Positions 49,817 to 58,518 of a stretch of 64,000 bases of DNA are shown here, piece after piece. Within the stretch, counting starts at the first letter, position 1. Each line of letters starts with the position of its first letter. Under the pieces are notes generated by a model. It was not told where the DNA came from. It saw nothing but the letters and a program-made list of their open reading frames with translations, and did not search any database. This DNA comes from Candidatus Oxydemutatoraceae bacterium (GTDB taxonomy: Bacteria; Pseudomonadota; Gammaproteobacteria; Poriferisulfidales; Oxydemutatoraceae). Location of the stretch: positions 879,216 to 943,215 of the forward strand of contig OZ243039.1 in assembly GCA_965212025.1 (NCBI GenBank). Direction: 5' to 3'. Made by a program: the position numbers and the translations under genes.

Positions 49817-49909
49817 GCAGAGCGTGTGGAGGCTCACTCCATTGGTACTGCCTTTTTTTGGGAGCCTGCCACTGGTGTTGCGGGATCCGGTTTTTCAAGC
49901 CTTGATCTG

Positions 49910-50515
49910 ATGGAAGAGACAAAAATCGAAGCTGTCCGGCACAAAACCATTCGTCTGGTTGTCGGCTTGGGCAATCCCGGAGATCAATACCGGAACAACC
50001 GTCACAACGTCGGGTTTTGGTTTCTGGATATGCTGGCCGAAAAATATGGGCTGACTTTCCGAAGTTCCCCGTACGGGAAAAGCTGTGGTTTGATGGGTGA
50101 TGAAGGACATATCTGGTTCTTCCGGCCCGGTACTTATGTGAATCTGTCCGGCGGCGCAGTCTTGGGATTTATGAATTATTACGACCTGGACGCGTCCCGC
50201 CTGTTGCTCGTCCACGACGATATTGATTTGCCGGATGCAAAGATACGTTTGAAATATGGTGGTGGGCATGGAGGGCACAATGGGGTGCGAGACGTGATCA
50301 AACATTGTGGTGCCGATTTCTGGCGCTTGCGCGTGGGCATGAGCCACCCGGGAGACAAATTACTGGTGCACGACTATGTATTGAACGCACCATCACGCGC
50401 CGAAACAGAGCACATCAGAGAACGGTTAAGCCAGGTGATTTGCCATAGCGAAGAGCTTTTGGCAGGTCGCTTTGAGCGAGCACGGGAAGCGCTGCTTCAG
50501 GAGACAAAGAACTAA
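49910..50515 (+). CDS. pth: Peptidyl-tRNA hydrolase
   Basis: The Pth N-terminal motif IRLVVGLGNPGDQYRNNRHNVGFWFLD is present. An internal start (MEETK) was chosen because the ORF from 49826 would be too long for Pth. Confidence 0.85.
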   Translation: MEETKIEAVRHKTIRLVVGLGNPGDQYRNNRHNVGFWFLDMLAEKYGLTFRSSPYGKSCGLMGDEGHIWFFRPGTYVNLSGGAVLGFMNYYDLDASRLLLVHDDIDLPDAKIRLKYGGGHGGHNGVRDVIKHCGADFWRLRVGMSHPGDKLLVHDYVLNAPSRAETEHIRERLSQVICHSEELLAGRFERAREALLQETKN

Positions 50516-51603
50516 TGGGTCTTAAGTGTGGAATCGTAGGCTTACCCAATGTTGGCAAATCGACGCTGTTCAATTTGCTGACCGACTCCGAAGTGGATGC
50601 AGTGAATTACCCCTTTTGCACGATTGAAGCGAATGTAGGCATTGCCCCTCTGTACGATACGAAACTTCAGAAAATCGCCGAAATCGCCAGCGCGCGCAAA
50701 ACCGTACCCACCGTTCTGGAGTTTGTTGACATCGCGGGCTTGATACAGGGTGCTTCAAAGGGCGAAGGGCTTGGCAATCAGTTCCTGGAACACGTCCGTA
50801 ACGTGGACGCTTTGGTGCATGTCGTTCGGTGTTTTGACAGCGAGGAAATCGTTCACGTCTCCGGGTCGGTCGATCCGGTGCGCGATTTGCTGACCATTCG
50901 GGATGAATTTTTGTTGGCGGATCTGGCGGTGGCAGAAAGGAACCTCACCAAAAGTCAAAAAATCGCGAGAGGCGGTGACAGCGTTGCCCGGGAAAGGGCG
51001 GAGATATTGGCTCGCTTATGCGATACGCTGAGCGAAGGAGTGCGACCTGACACTCTGGCATTGAGCAAAGAAGGAAACAGCCTGGTCAGGGAATTAGGCT
51101 TGCTCAGTCTGAAGCCTGAGTTGCTGGTTGCCAATGTCCAGGAAAATCAGGCGCACAGTCAGCCATATCTGCAGGCCTTGACGGGTTATCTTGATGGACA
51201 TGACTCGGTGATGTTGCCGATCTCTGTGCAGCTTGAAAGCGAATTGCGAGCTTTGCCAAGGGCAGAAAAAATGGAGTTTTTCCGCGAATCAGGCTATACA
51301 GGCAGTGGACTTGAACGCATTGTGGATGCGGCCTACCGCCTGCTGGATTTGCTGACCTTTTATACGGCTGGAGAGAAGGAAGCCAGAGCCTGGACGATTC
51401 CGAAAGGTATGACCGCGCGATATGCGGCCGGTCGTGTGCACAGCGATTTTGAAAAATCTTTTATTCGCGCCGAAGTCGTGTCCTATCCCGATTTTGTTGG
51501 CTACGGTGGTACTGCGGATGCGCGTCGCGCTGGCAAAGCCAGGATGGAAGGCAAGCATTACGTGGTGCAGGAGGGAGATGTCGTTCACTTTCACTGTTCC
51601 TGA
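50515..51603 (+). CDS. ychF: Ribosome-binding ATPase YchF
   Basis: The P-loop GIVGLPNVGKSTLFN and the C-terminal TGS domain are present. Confidence 0.9.
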   Translation: MGLKCGIVGLPNVGKSTLFNLLTDSEVDAVNYPFCTIEANVGIAPLYDTKLQKIAEIASARKTVPTVLEFVDIAGLIQGASKGEGLGNQFLEHVRNVDALVHVVRCFDSEEIVHVSGSVDPVRDLLTIRDEFLLADLAVAERNLTKSQKIARGGDSVARERAEILARLCDTLSEGVRPDTLALSKEGNSLVRELGLLSLKPELLVANVQENQAHSQPYLQALTGYLDGHDSVMLPISVQLESELRALPRAEKMEFFRESGYTGSGLERIVDAAYRLLDLLTFYTAGEKEARAWTIPKGMTARYAAGRVHSDFEKSFIRAEVVSYPDFVGYGGTADARRAGKARMEGKHYVVQEGDVVHFHCS

Positions 51604-51700
51604 AACCGCCGTGATGCTGCACAGGGGTATCCCGCGTTGATTTGAAGGCTTTCGTGATGGACTGAAAAGCTCCTGCCTGCCGACGCGTTTTTTCAGTCTG

Positions 51701-51706
51701 TATAAT
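51701..51706 (+). promoter_or_regulatory. Candidate -10 element (TATAAT) for the downstream tRNA gene
   Basis: A perfect TATAAT lies 10 nt upstream of the tRNA 5' end. There is no good -35 element. Confidence 0.4.
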
Positions 51707-51715
51707 TTCGGGCTC

Positions 51716-51792
51716 GGCTATGTAGCTCAGCAGGTTAGAGCACGGCATTCATAATGCCGGGGTCGCTGGTTCAAGTCCAGCCATAGCCACCA
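51716..51792 (+). tRNA. tRNA with CAT anticodon (elongator tRNA-Met, or possibly tRNA-Ile2/lysidine)
   Basis: A 77-nt cloverleaf folds with acceptor GGCTATG/CATAGCC and anticodon loop TTCATAA. The acceptor stem resembles E. coli elongator tRNA-Met. The T-arm GGTCGCTGGTTCAAGTCCAGC is identical to E. coli tRNA-Ile(LAU). The CCA end is encoded. Confidence 0.8.
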
Positions 51793-51907
51793 CCTCTGTC
51801 CTGGTTTTAGTCTGGCTCGCGCCCTGTCAAAACATCCTTTCCCTGCCGTGCACTTTTCTGATGTCGGCAGTGGGTCGCCAAACGCGTATGTACGCAGACT
51901 TTATGTC

Positions 51908-52522
51908 TTACAACAGATCGGGCAGCGATGAGTACCAAGGCACTTTGAGGTGCTTGCCGCACCTGCGCAGTTGGTGCTTGTAGGCGTCAGCCAGACGTAC
52001 AACTTTGTCGGTCGCGACGATCAATTTGGGGTTGTTACGCCAGCCTCCCCTGCGATAGCCGGTCCAGCCATCGTGGTATGCCAGATACAGGCTACGTGTG
52101 TCATTGGGGGACAGCTTCAGGTATCTGACGCTTTTTGAGTTGTACCAGCCAATGAAATCAGTTGCATCGCCAAAATCACTGCGGGAAGCAAAAAGCCTGT
52201 CGTTTTGCTGTGCGTAGTCATCCCAGGTTTCGTCCTTGGCTTGCGCGTAGCCTTTGGCCGAAGACTTCCGAAACCAGGGGATAAACCCCAGCAGCTTTTG
52301 TATCGGGGGTTTGGCATTGTGCCTGAAAGAAGATTCCTGGTGCACAAAAGCCAGAATCACGTGTTCGGGGATTGACCAACGCTGCGTTGCCTTGCGAATG
52401 TCCGCGAACCAGCTTCCGTGCTCCCTGAAAATATCGCAGGCGTTATGGGGATTCGCGGGCGGCGGTTTCGCACACGATGCTGTTATCAAAGCGCAGAAAA
52501 CCAACAGCAACAGTTTTTTCAT
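51908..52522 (-). CDS. Putative lipoprotein, possibly SLT/transglycosylase-like
   Basis: The signal is MKKLLLLVFCALITASC. The HQESSF...AKGYAQ segment faintly resembles the catalytic region of lytic transglycosylases, but this is weak. Confidence 0.4.
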   Translation of the reverse strand: MKKLLLLVFCALITASCAKPPPANPHNACDIFREHGSWFADIRKATQRWSIPEHVILAFVHQESSFRHNAKPPIQKLLGFIPWFRKSSAKGYAQAKDETWDDYAQQNDRLFASRSDFGDATDFIGWYNSKSVRYLKLSPNDTRSLYLAYHDGWTGYRRGGWRNNPKLIVATDKVVRLADAYKHQLRRCGKHLKVPWYSSLPDLL

Positions 52523-52538
52523 AATCCTCTCAATCCTA

Positions 52539-53405
52539 TCAAATGGAAGCCAGCCGGTATAACAGATTATCCAGCATTCTGTCACTCAGGAAAGGTTTCA
52601 GCCACCACAGAACGTGGGAAGGCACCGTGACTCGATAGCGGCATTTGGGTCGTTTTGCAGACAGACAACGCAACAATACCCGGGTTACTGCGTCCGGAGG
52701 AAGCGTGAAAGGAACCGAGACGCCTTTTTCGTGGAATTTCCGCTCCATCGTCTGGTAGCGCAGGACATGCGGGCCGGACTTGGTGTCAATGGCGCGATTG
52801 AGAGCGAGCATGGCATTTTTGTTGAAATTGCTGTGTATGGGTCCTGGCTCAATCAATGTTACAAATATACCGGTGTTGCGCAGTTCCTGACGCAAGGTGT
52901 CGGCCCAGCCTTCCAGAGCGAACTTCGTCGCCACGTATGCTCCCCGCATCATAAACGCGGTATACCCCAAGACCGAGCTGTTCAACACGATGCGTCCGCT
53001 CTGTTGTGCCCGCATGGCCGGAATCATTCTGCGCGTCAGGTCATGCCAGCCAAAAAAGTTGGCTTCAAATTGGGCACGAAGGTCGCTCCTTTCCAAGTCT
53101 TCCAGTGCTCCTGGTTGCCCGTAAGCGGCATTGTTAAACAAGGCGTAAAGTTTTCCCTCGGCAAAATCAAGCGCCTGTCCGCAGCAGCTCTCGACGCTTT
53201 TTTCGCTGTGCAGTTCCAAGTGTAGTGCCTGTATCCCACTGTCTTTCAGAGCCTCCAGGTCTTCAGGCTTCCTGGCAGTTGCCAGAACCCGATAGCCCAT
53301 TTGCGACAGGTGCAAAGCCGCGTGACGACCGATGCCACTGGAGCAGCCGGTAATCAGAACCGTCTGCGTGCCACGCAGTGCCCGGTTATTTCTTGCTGCA
53401 AACAT
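52539..53405 (-). CDS. Short-chain dehydrogenase/reductase (SDR) family oxidoreductase
   Basis: The NAD(P)-binding motif VLITGCSSGIGRHAAL and an NNAG-type motif (FNNAAYG) are present. The start is uncertain; the ORF extends to 53513. Confidence 0.8.
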   Translation of the reverse strand: MFAARNNRALRGTQTVLITGCSSGIGRHAALHLSQMGYRVLATARKPEDLEALKDSGIQALHLELHSEKSVESCCGQALDFAEGKLYALFNNAAYGQPGALEDLERSDLRAQFEANFFGWHDLTRRMIPAMRAQQSGRIVLNSSVLGYTAFMMRGAYVATKFALEGWADTLRQELRNTGIFVTLIEPGPIHSNFNKNAMLALNRAIDTKSGPHVLRYQTMERKFHEKGVSVPFTLPPDAVTRVLLRCLSAKRPKCRYRVTVPSHVLWWLKPFLSDRMLDNLLYRLASI

Positions 53406-53712
53406 ACAACTGAAAGATCTGTGTGCCGCTGCCAAATCGTTCAGAGGGAACAACCGTGTCAGCACCGACGTGGGCGGCAAGATTTCGTGCTTCCTTCGCG
53501 ATTTCGTGTGCAAGCGCCTCCGGCTTGTTTAGTGCCAGGCGTGTCACTCCTGAGAGCAGGATTTTGGTGTTACCAAGGTGATGGCAGTTGGTGGTTTCGG
53601 AGGCGGTGGCAACGCGAACCACCTCGCCTGCCGGCGTAATGTCTTTTTTGTAGGTACAGCCTGATAAAGCCAGGATGCATAAAGCCACAGCCAGGTACGG
53701 CAACAATTTCAC
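53386..53712 (-). CDS. Small hypothetical lipoprotein
   Basis: The signal with lipobox is MKLLPYLAVALCILALSGC. The product is 108 aa. Its start overlaps the proS stop. Confidence 0.4.
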   Translation of the reverse strand: MKLLPYLAVALCILALSGCTYKKDITPAGEVVRVATASETTNCHHLGNTKILLSGVTRLALNKPEALAHEIAKEARNLAAHVGADTVVPSERFGSGTQIFQLYVCSKK

Positions 53713-55421
53713 GAAGTGATTTCCAGTTTGGGAACCAGATAATCGACGCAGTCATCCAAAGCGATTTCCTTTGTAAGGCCGGTGGCTCTTTCCGTGCATT
53801 CAACGATTTGTCGCTCCAGGTTTCTTGAGCCAACCGTCAGTCGCCAGGGGATGCCTATCAAATCGGCGTCGGCAAACATGACGCCTGGTCGCACATCACG
53901 GTTGTCAAGCAGCACTTCCACCTTGCGCTGCAGAAGTTCCTGGTAGAGCCTTTCTGCGGTCTCCAGTGTTTGCGGTGTGTGCCGGAAGCCCAGTGGGCAG
54001 ATTGTCACAGCGAATGGTGCAATGGCGCGCGGCCAGATAATTCCCTGCGCATCATGGTTCTGCTCTATGCAGGCTGCAACGATTCTGCTGATACCGATTC
54101 CGTAGCAGCCCATGATCAAAGTCAGTTCTTCGCCCTGTTCGTTGTCTACTGTGGCTCCCATACATTCGCTGTATTTCTTTCCCAGCTTGAAAATGTGTCC
54201 GACTTCAATTCCATGCCTGATGGTCAGGCTTCCTGTGCCACTCGGGCTTGGGTCGCCAGCCACCGCGCATCGCAAGTCGTGTACCTCGTAGTCGCTGACG
54301 TCTCGATCCCAGTTCACTCCAAGATAGTGTTTGCCATCCTGGTTTGCCCCGCAGGCAAAATCTGACAGACATGCTGCCGACTGATCCAACAGGATAGGCA
54401 CCTTGAGGTTCACCGGGCCGAGTGAGCCAGGAGACGCTCCTGCAACTGCCCTGATTTCTTCCGGGGTGCTGAAGCAAACCGGCTCTGCAATCAGCGGGTG
54501 CTTTTTGGCTTTTTCGGGGTTCATTTCGTGGTCACCACGCACAAAAACAGCGACCAGGGGGGTTGCTTTGCCCTTTAGAAACAAGGCTTTCAGACACCTG
54601 GAAGGCGGAATTTTCAACAACTCGCTGAGTTCCGCGATCGTGCTGACCCCCGGCGTGTCCACGAGCCGCATGGTTTCAGCAGGAGAGGCACGCTTGCCTG
54701 CATAAATAACGGGAGCCAACTCCACATTGGCCGCGTAATCATCCCCTGTGGAAAAGGCGATGGCATCCTCACCGCAATCTGCCAGTGCGTGAAACTCGTG
54801 CGAGCCAACACCACCTATATTTCCCATCTCTGCCTGCACATAACGGTAATCAAGCCCGATGCGGTCGAATATGCGGCAGTACGCTTTGCGCATGTCCTCG
54901 TATGTCTCATCCAGAGATTGCGTGTCGTAATGAAAGGAATAGGCGTCTTTCATGAGAAATTCACGCGCGCGCATCACCCCGAATCGGGGGCGAATTTCAT
55001 CGCGGAACTTTGTCTGGATCTGGTAAAAATTTACCGGCAGTTGCCGATAGGTAGTGAGCCCGGAACGTACCAGTTCAGTTATCACTTCCTCGTGGGTCGG
55101 TCCCAAAACCATATCCCGCTTGTGGCGATCCTGGAATTTAAGCAGTTCCTCTCCGTACTCGTACCAGCGCCCGGATTTTTTCCACAGATCCGCCGGCTGC
55201 ACTGTCGGCATCAGCACCTCCAGCGCCCCGGCACGATCCATTTCCTCGCGGACTATGGCTTCAATTTTTCGCAGCACCCGCACTCCCAAGGGCAGCCAGC
55301 TATATAGCCCGCTTGCCACCTTGTCAATCAAAGCGGCGCGTAACATGAGCCTGTGGCTTGTGGTTTCCGCGTCCGCGGGAGCTTCGCGAAGTGTGCTGAG
55401 AGGGTATCGGGAGGTGCGCAT
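53709..55421 (-). CDS. proS: Proline--tRNA ligase
   Basis: The 570-aa product has class II aaRS motifs, the N-terminus MRTSRYPLSTLREAPADAE and an editing-domain insertion. Confidence 0.95.
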   Translation of the reverse strand: MRTSRYPLSTLREAPADAETTSHRLMLRAALIDKVASGLYSWLPLGVRVLRKIEAIVREEMDRAGALEVLMPTVQPADLWKKSGRWYEYGEELLKFQDRHKRDMVLGPTHEEVITELVRSGLTTYRQLPVNFYQIQTKFRDEIRPRFGVMRAREFLMKDAYSFHYDTQSLDETYEDMRKAYCRIFDRIGLDYRYVQAEMGNIGGVGSHEFHALADCGEDAIAFSTGDDYAANVELAPVIYAGKRASPAETMRLVDTPGVSTIAELSELLKIPPSRCLKALFLKGKATPLVAVFVRGDHEMNPEKAKKHPLIAEPVCFSTPEEIRAVAGASPGSLGPVNLKVPILLDQSAACLSDFACGANQDGKHYLGVNWDRDVSDYEVHDLRCAVAGDPSPSGTGSLTIRHGIEVGHIFKLGKKYSECMGATVDNEQGEELTLIMGCYGIGISRIVAACIEQNHDAQGIIWPRAIAPFAVTICPLGFRHTPQTLETAERLYQELLQRKVEVLLDNRDVRPGVMFADADLIGIPWRLTVGSRNLERQIVECTERATGLTKEIALDDCVDYLVPKLEITS

Positions 55422-55442
55422 CAGTCAGGCAAATCCCGTTGG

Positions 55443-55928
55443 CTAAAGCTGGGTCGGGTTGGGTTGCCCGCCATACACTGTTTCCGGGTCAATCAATTTT
55501 TCGCGTATCGTGCGTTGCAACTGTATGGTCTCACTGGTTTTTCCAACCGGGATTTTCCGATAGAAGCAAGAGCGGTAACCGACGTGGCAACTGACAGTCC
55601 CGGCAACGATCACGCGTAGCCATAAAGCGTCCTGATCATCGTCAACCAGCATCTCCCGGACTTCCTGAACAAAACCGCTGACTTCGCCTTTGCGCCAGAG
55701 TGCCTTTCGGCTTCTGCTCCAGTAATGAGCCTGTCCGGTTTCGACGGTTTTCAAAAGTGCAGTGGCGTTCATATAAGCGTGCATCAGCACCTCGCCGCTG
55801 TGAAAGTCAGTCGTCACAACCGGGATCAGACCGTCTTTGTCAAACTTTGGGGCGAAGTCCGTACCTTCTTCCACTTGGGCGACTTCGAGACGTGGAGCGA
55901 AAGGCCCTGCTTTTATTTCAGCCATCAA
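55443..55928 (-). CDS. hisI: Phosphoribosyl-AMP cyclohydrolase
   Basis: [41 protein letters not shown] is the HisI signature. It is a stand-alone gene, not fused to hisE. Confidence 0.85.
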   Translation of the reverse strand: MMAEIKAGPFAPRLEVAQVEEGTDFAPKFDKDGLIPVVTTDFHSGEVLMHAYMNATALLKTVETGQAHYWSRSRKALWRKGEVSGFVQEVREMLVDDDQDALWLRVIVAGTVSCHVGYRSCFYRKIPVGKTSETIQLQRTIREKLIDPETVYGGQPNPTQL

Positions 55929-55931
55929 TTT

Positions 55932-56183
55932 TTAGCTCTGCTGCTTTTCTTTGGAGCGTACAGGTACGGGGTCATGACCCCCTTCGTTCCAAGGGTGGCA
56001 ACGTGCGATTCTTTTCAACGTGAGCCACACACCACGCATGGTACCGTATTCACGCAGACATTCTATGGCGTACATTGAACAGGTGGGAGTGAACCGGCAA
56101 TGCATTCCAAGCCAGGGGCTGACCAGATAGCGATAGGCTTTGATCGTCTCGATCAGCAAGTTTTTCACTGCCATCGCCGCCAC
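55932..56183 (-). CDS. yidD: Membrane protein insertion efficiency factor YidD (copy 1)
   Basis: [74 protein letters not shown] is the YidD/DUF37 signature. Confidence 0.8.
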   Translation of the reverse strand: MAAMAVKNLLIETIKAYRYLVSPWLGMHCRFTPTCSMYAIECLREYGTMRGVWLTLKRIARCHPWNEGGHDPVPVRSKEKQQS

Positions 56184-56411
56184 ACGGTTTTGGTGTGCAA
56201 ATCTTCCAGCGTGACACCGGCTTCGTGCAGTTGCGCACGGATTTCGTCAGCGCGAGAAAAATCGCCCGCTTCGCGAGCCGCCTTTCGCTTGGTGATCCAT
56301 TCCTCCACTTCCTGGTCGGCAATCTTGAATGCATGTTCCGACTCCCAGCGAAACCAGGTCTGTTTCGGGACGTGGAGCGAAAGGCTCTGCTTTTATTTCA
56401 GCCATCAATTT

Positions 56412-56660
56412 TTAGCTCTGCTGCTTTTCTTTGGAGCGTACAGGTACGGGGTCATGGCCCCCTTCGTTCCAATGGCAACGTGCGATTCTTTTCAACGTGA
56501 GCCACACACCACGCATGGTACCGTATTCACGCAGACATTCTATGGCGTACATTGAACAGGTGGGAGTGAACCGGCAATGCATTCCAAGCCAGGGGCTGAC
56601 CAGATAGCGATAGGCTTTGATCGTCGCGATCAGCAAGTTTTTCACTGCCATCGCCGCCAC
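56412..56660 (-). CDS. yidD: YidD (copy 2, 82 aa, one residue shorter)
   Basis: It differs from copy 1 only by E12A and an in-frame 3-bp deletion ([10 protein letters not shown] becomes RCHWNEGGH). Confidence 0.7.
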   Translation of the reverse strand: MAAMAVKNLLIATIKAYRYLVSPWLGMHCRFTPTCSMYAIECLREYGTMRGVWLTLKRIARCHWNEGGHDPVPVRSKEKQQS

Positions 56661-56888
56661 ACGGTTTTGGTGTGCAAATCTTCCAGCGTGACACCGGCTT
56701 CGTGCAGTTGCGCACGGATTTCGTCAGCGCGAGAAAAATCGCCCGCTTCGCGAGCCGCCTTTCGCTTGGTGATCCATTCCTCTACTTCCTGGTCGGCAAT
56801 CTTGAACGCATGTTCCGACTCCCGGCGAAACCAGGTCTGTTTCGGGACGTGGAGCGAAAGGCCCTGCTTTTATTTCAGCCATCAATTT

Positions 56889-57140
56889 TTAGCTCTGCTG
56901 CTTTTCTTTGGAGCGTACAGGTACGGGGTCATGGCCCCCTTCGTTCCAAGGGTGGCAACGTGCGATTCTTTTCAACGTGAGCCACACACCACGCATGGTA
57001 CCGTATTCACGCAGACATTCTATGGCGTACATTGAACAGGTGGGAGTGAACCGGCAATGCATTCCAAGCCAGGGGCTGACCAGATAGCGATAGGCTTTGA
57101 TCGTCGCGATCAGCAAGTTTTTCACTGCCATCGCCGCCAC
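56889..57140 (-). CDS. yidD: YidD (copy 3, adjacent to full-length cysS)
   Basis: Its start overlaps the cysS stop (ATGGCAGTGA), which is the ancestral arrangement. Confidence 0.8.
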   Translation of the reverse strand: MAAMAVKNLLIATIKAYRYLVSPWLGMHCRFTPTCSMYAIECLREYGTMRGVWLTLKRIARCHPWNEGGHDPVPVRSKEKQQS

Positions 57141-58495
57141 ACGGTTTTGGTGTGCAAATCTTCCAGCGTGACACCGGCTTCGTGCAGTTGCGCACGGATT
57201 TCGTCAGCGCGAGAAAAATCGCCCGCTTCGCGAGCCGCCTTTCGCTTGGTGATCCATTCCTCTACTTCCTGGTCGGCAATCTTGAACGCATGTTCCGACT
57301 CCCAGCGAAACCAGGTCTGTGGTGATTGTTGGAGCAAACCCAGGCAGGAGGCAGCTGACAACAAAGAAAATGCATCACCAGCATTCGCCAGGGCGTGCAG
57401 TCCGGTCAGCGCTTGCGGGGTATTCAAGTCTTCGCCAAGTGATTCCAGAACGATCGTGCCATCCTGTTTGTCGATGTTTCCCTGATTCTGAAAATCTGCG
57501 AAGTCCTGGTCGGAAAAAGCGCGATACAGCCGATCCAGCGCTGCCTTGGCGTGTACCAGTGTTTGCTTCGACCAGTCCAGTGGCTTGCGGTAATGGGTGT
57601 TCAGCAAGGCATAGCGAATGGTTTCACCGTGGTGCCTGCTCAGAACCTCGCGCAAAGTCACGAAGTTCCCGAGTGATTTGGCCATTTTTTCATTTTTAAC
57701 GGTGACATGGCCATTGTGCAGCCAGTAACGCGCAAAAACATCGGTGCCGTGTGCGCGGCAACTTTGCGCAATTTCATTTTCATGGTGCGGAAAAACCAAG
57801 TCATGGCCGCCACCGTGAATGTCTATGGTTTGTCCCAAATGGGTTGCTGCCATGGCTGAACATTCGATGTGCCAGCCGGGTCTGCCCCGTCCCCAGGGAC
57901 TGTCCCAGCCAGGATGCTCCGGGGTCGATGGTTTCCACAGCACGAAATCGGTGGGTGCCCGCTTGTAGGAAGCGACTTCCACCCGGGCTCCAGCACGCAG
58001 TTGCTCAGTCTGTCGTCCAGACAGGCACCCGTAGTGGCGCCAGGAGCTGATGTCGAACAGCACGTGCCCTTCGGCCTCGTAAGCGGAGCCATTGGCAAGC
58101 AGGCGTTCGATCATCGCGATCATGTAAGGCACGTGTTCGGTCGCCTTGGGCTCAGTTGTTGGGGGAAGCAGCCCCAGTTTCCCGGAGTCTTCCGAGAACG
58201 CACGTCCGTATTTTTCTGCGACATCGCTCGCTGTCACACCGGTGGCTTGCGAAGCAGCAATGATTTTGTCGTCTATATCGGTAACGTTTCGCAAATAGAG
58301 GACTTCTCTGTAGTATTTTTTCAGGAGGCGGTAAAGCGTGTCGAACACCACCAGAGGGCGGGCGTTGCCAATGTGAACGTAGTCATAGACAGTCGGACCA
58401 CACACATACATGGTGACCCGATCCTTGTCCAGCGGTCTGAAAACGTCCTGCTTGGCCGAAAGCGTGTTGTACAGCCTGATCTGCATGGCTTTCAA
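57122..58495 (-). CDS. cysS: Cysteine--tRNA ligase
   Basis: The HIGH motif ([15 protein letters not shown]), the KMSKS-type motif (KMAKSLGN) and a zinc-binding Cys are present. Confidence 0.95.
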   Translation of the reverse strand: MKAMQIRLYNTLSAKQDVFRPLDKDRVTMYVCGPTVYDYVHIGNARPLVVFDTLYRLLKKYYREVLYLRNVTDIDDKIIAASQATGVTASDVAEKYGRAFSEDSGKLGLLPPTTEPKATEHVPYMIAMIERLLANGSAYEAEGHVLFDISSWRHYGCLSGRQTEQLRAGARVEVASYKRAPTDFVLWKPSTPEHPGWDSPWGRGRPGWHIECSAMAATHLGQTIDIHGGGHDLVFPHHENEIAQSCRAHGTDVFARYWLHNGHVTVKNEKMAKSLGNFVTLREVLSRHHGETIRYALLNTHYRKPLDWSKQTLVHAKAALDRLYRAFSDQDFADFQNQGNIDKQDGTIVLESLGEDLNTPQALTGLHALANAGDAFSLLSAASCLGLLQQSPQTWFRWESEHAFKIADQEVEEWITKRKAAREAGDFSRADEIRAQLHEAGVTLEDLHTKTVWRRWQ

Positions 58496-58518
58496 CGATG
58501 TGTACCGACTAGTCGGAA

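Larger units (their letters stand above)
55889..57320. repeat. Tandem triplication of about 477-480 bp containing the cysS 3' end, an intact yidD and the hisI 5' start
   Basis: Unit starts (CGTGGAGCGAAAGG) fall at 55891, 56371 and 56847. Copies differ by about 3 SNPs and one 3-bp indel. The junction joins hisI codon ~14 to cysS codon ~390. Confidence 0.85.

Noticed and set aside
56050-57195. ORFs 56050..56334, 56527..56715 and 57007..57195 (the '[21 protein letters not shown]...' family) in the triplicated region
   Set aside because: They are an alternative frame overlapping the yidD copies and the cysS tail. The repetition merely reflects the DNA triplication.
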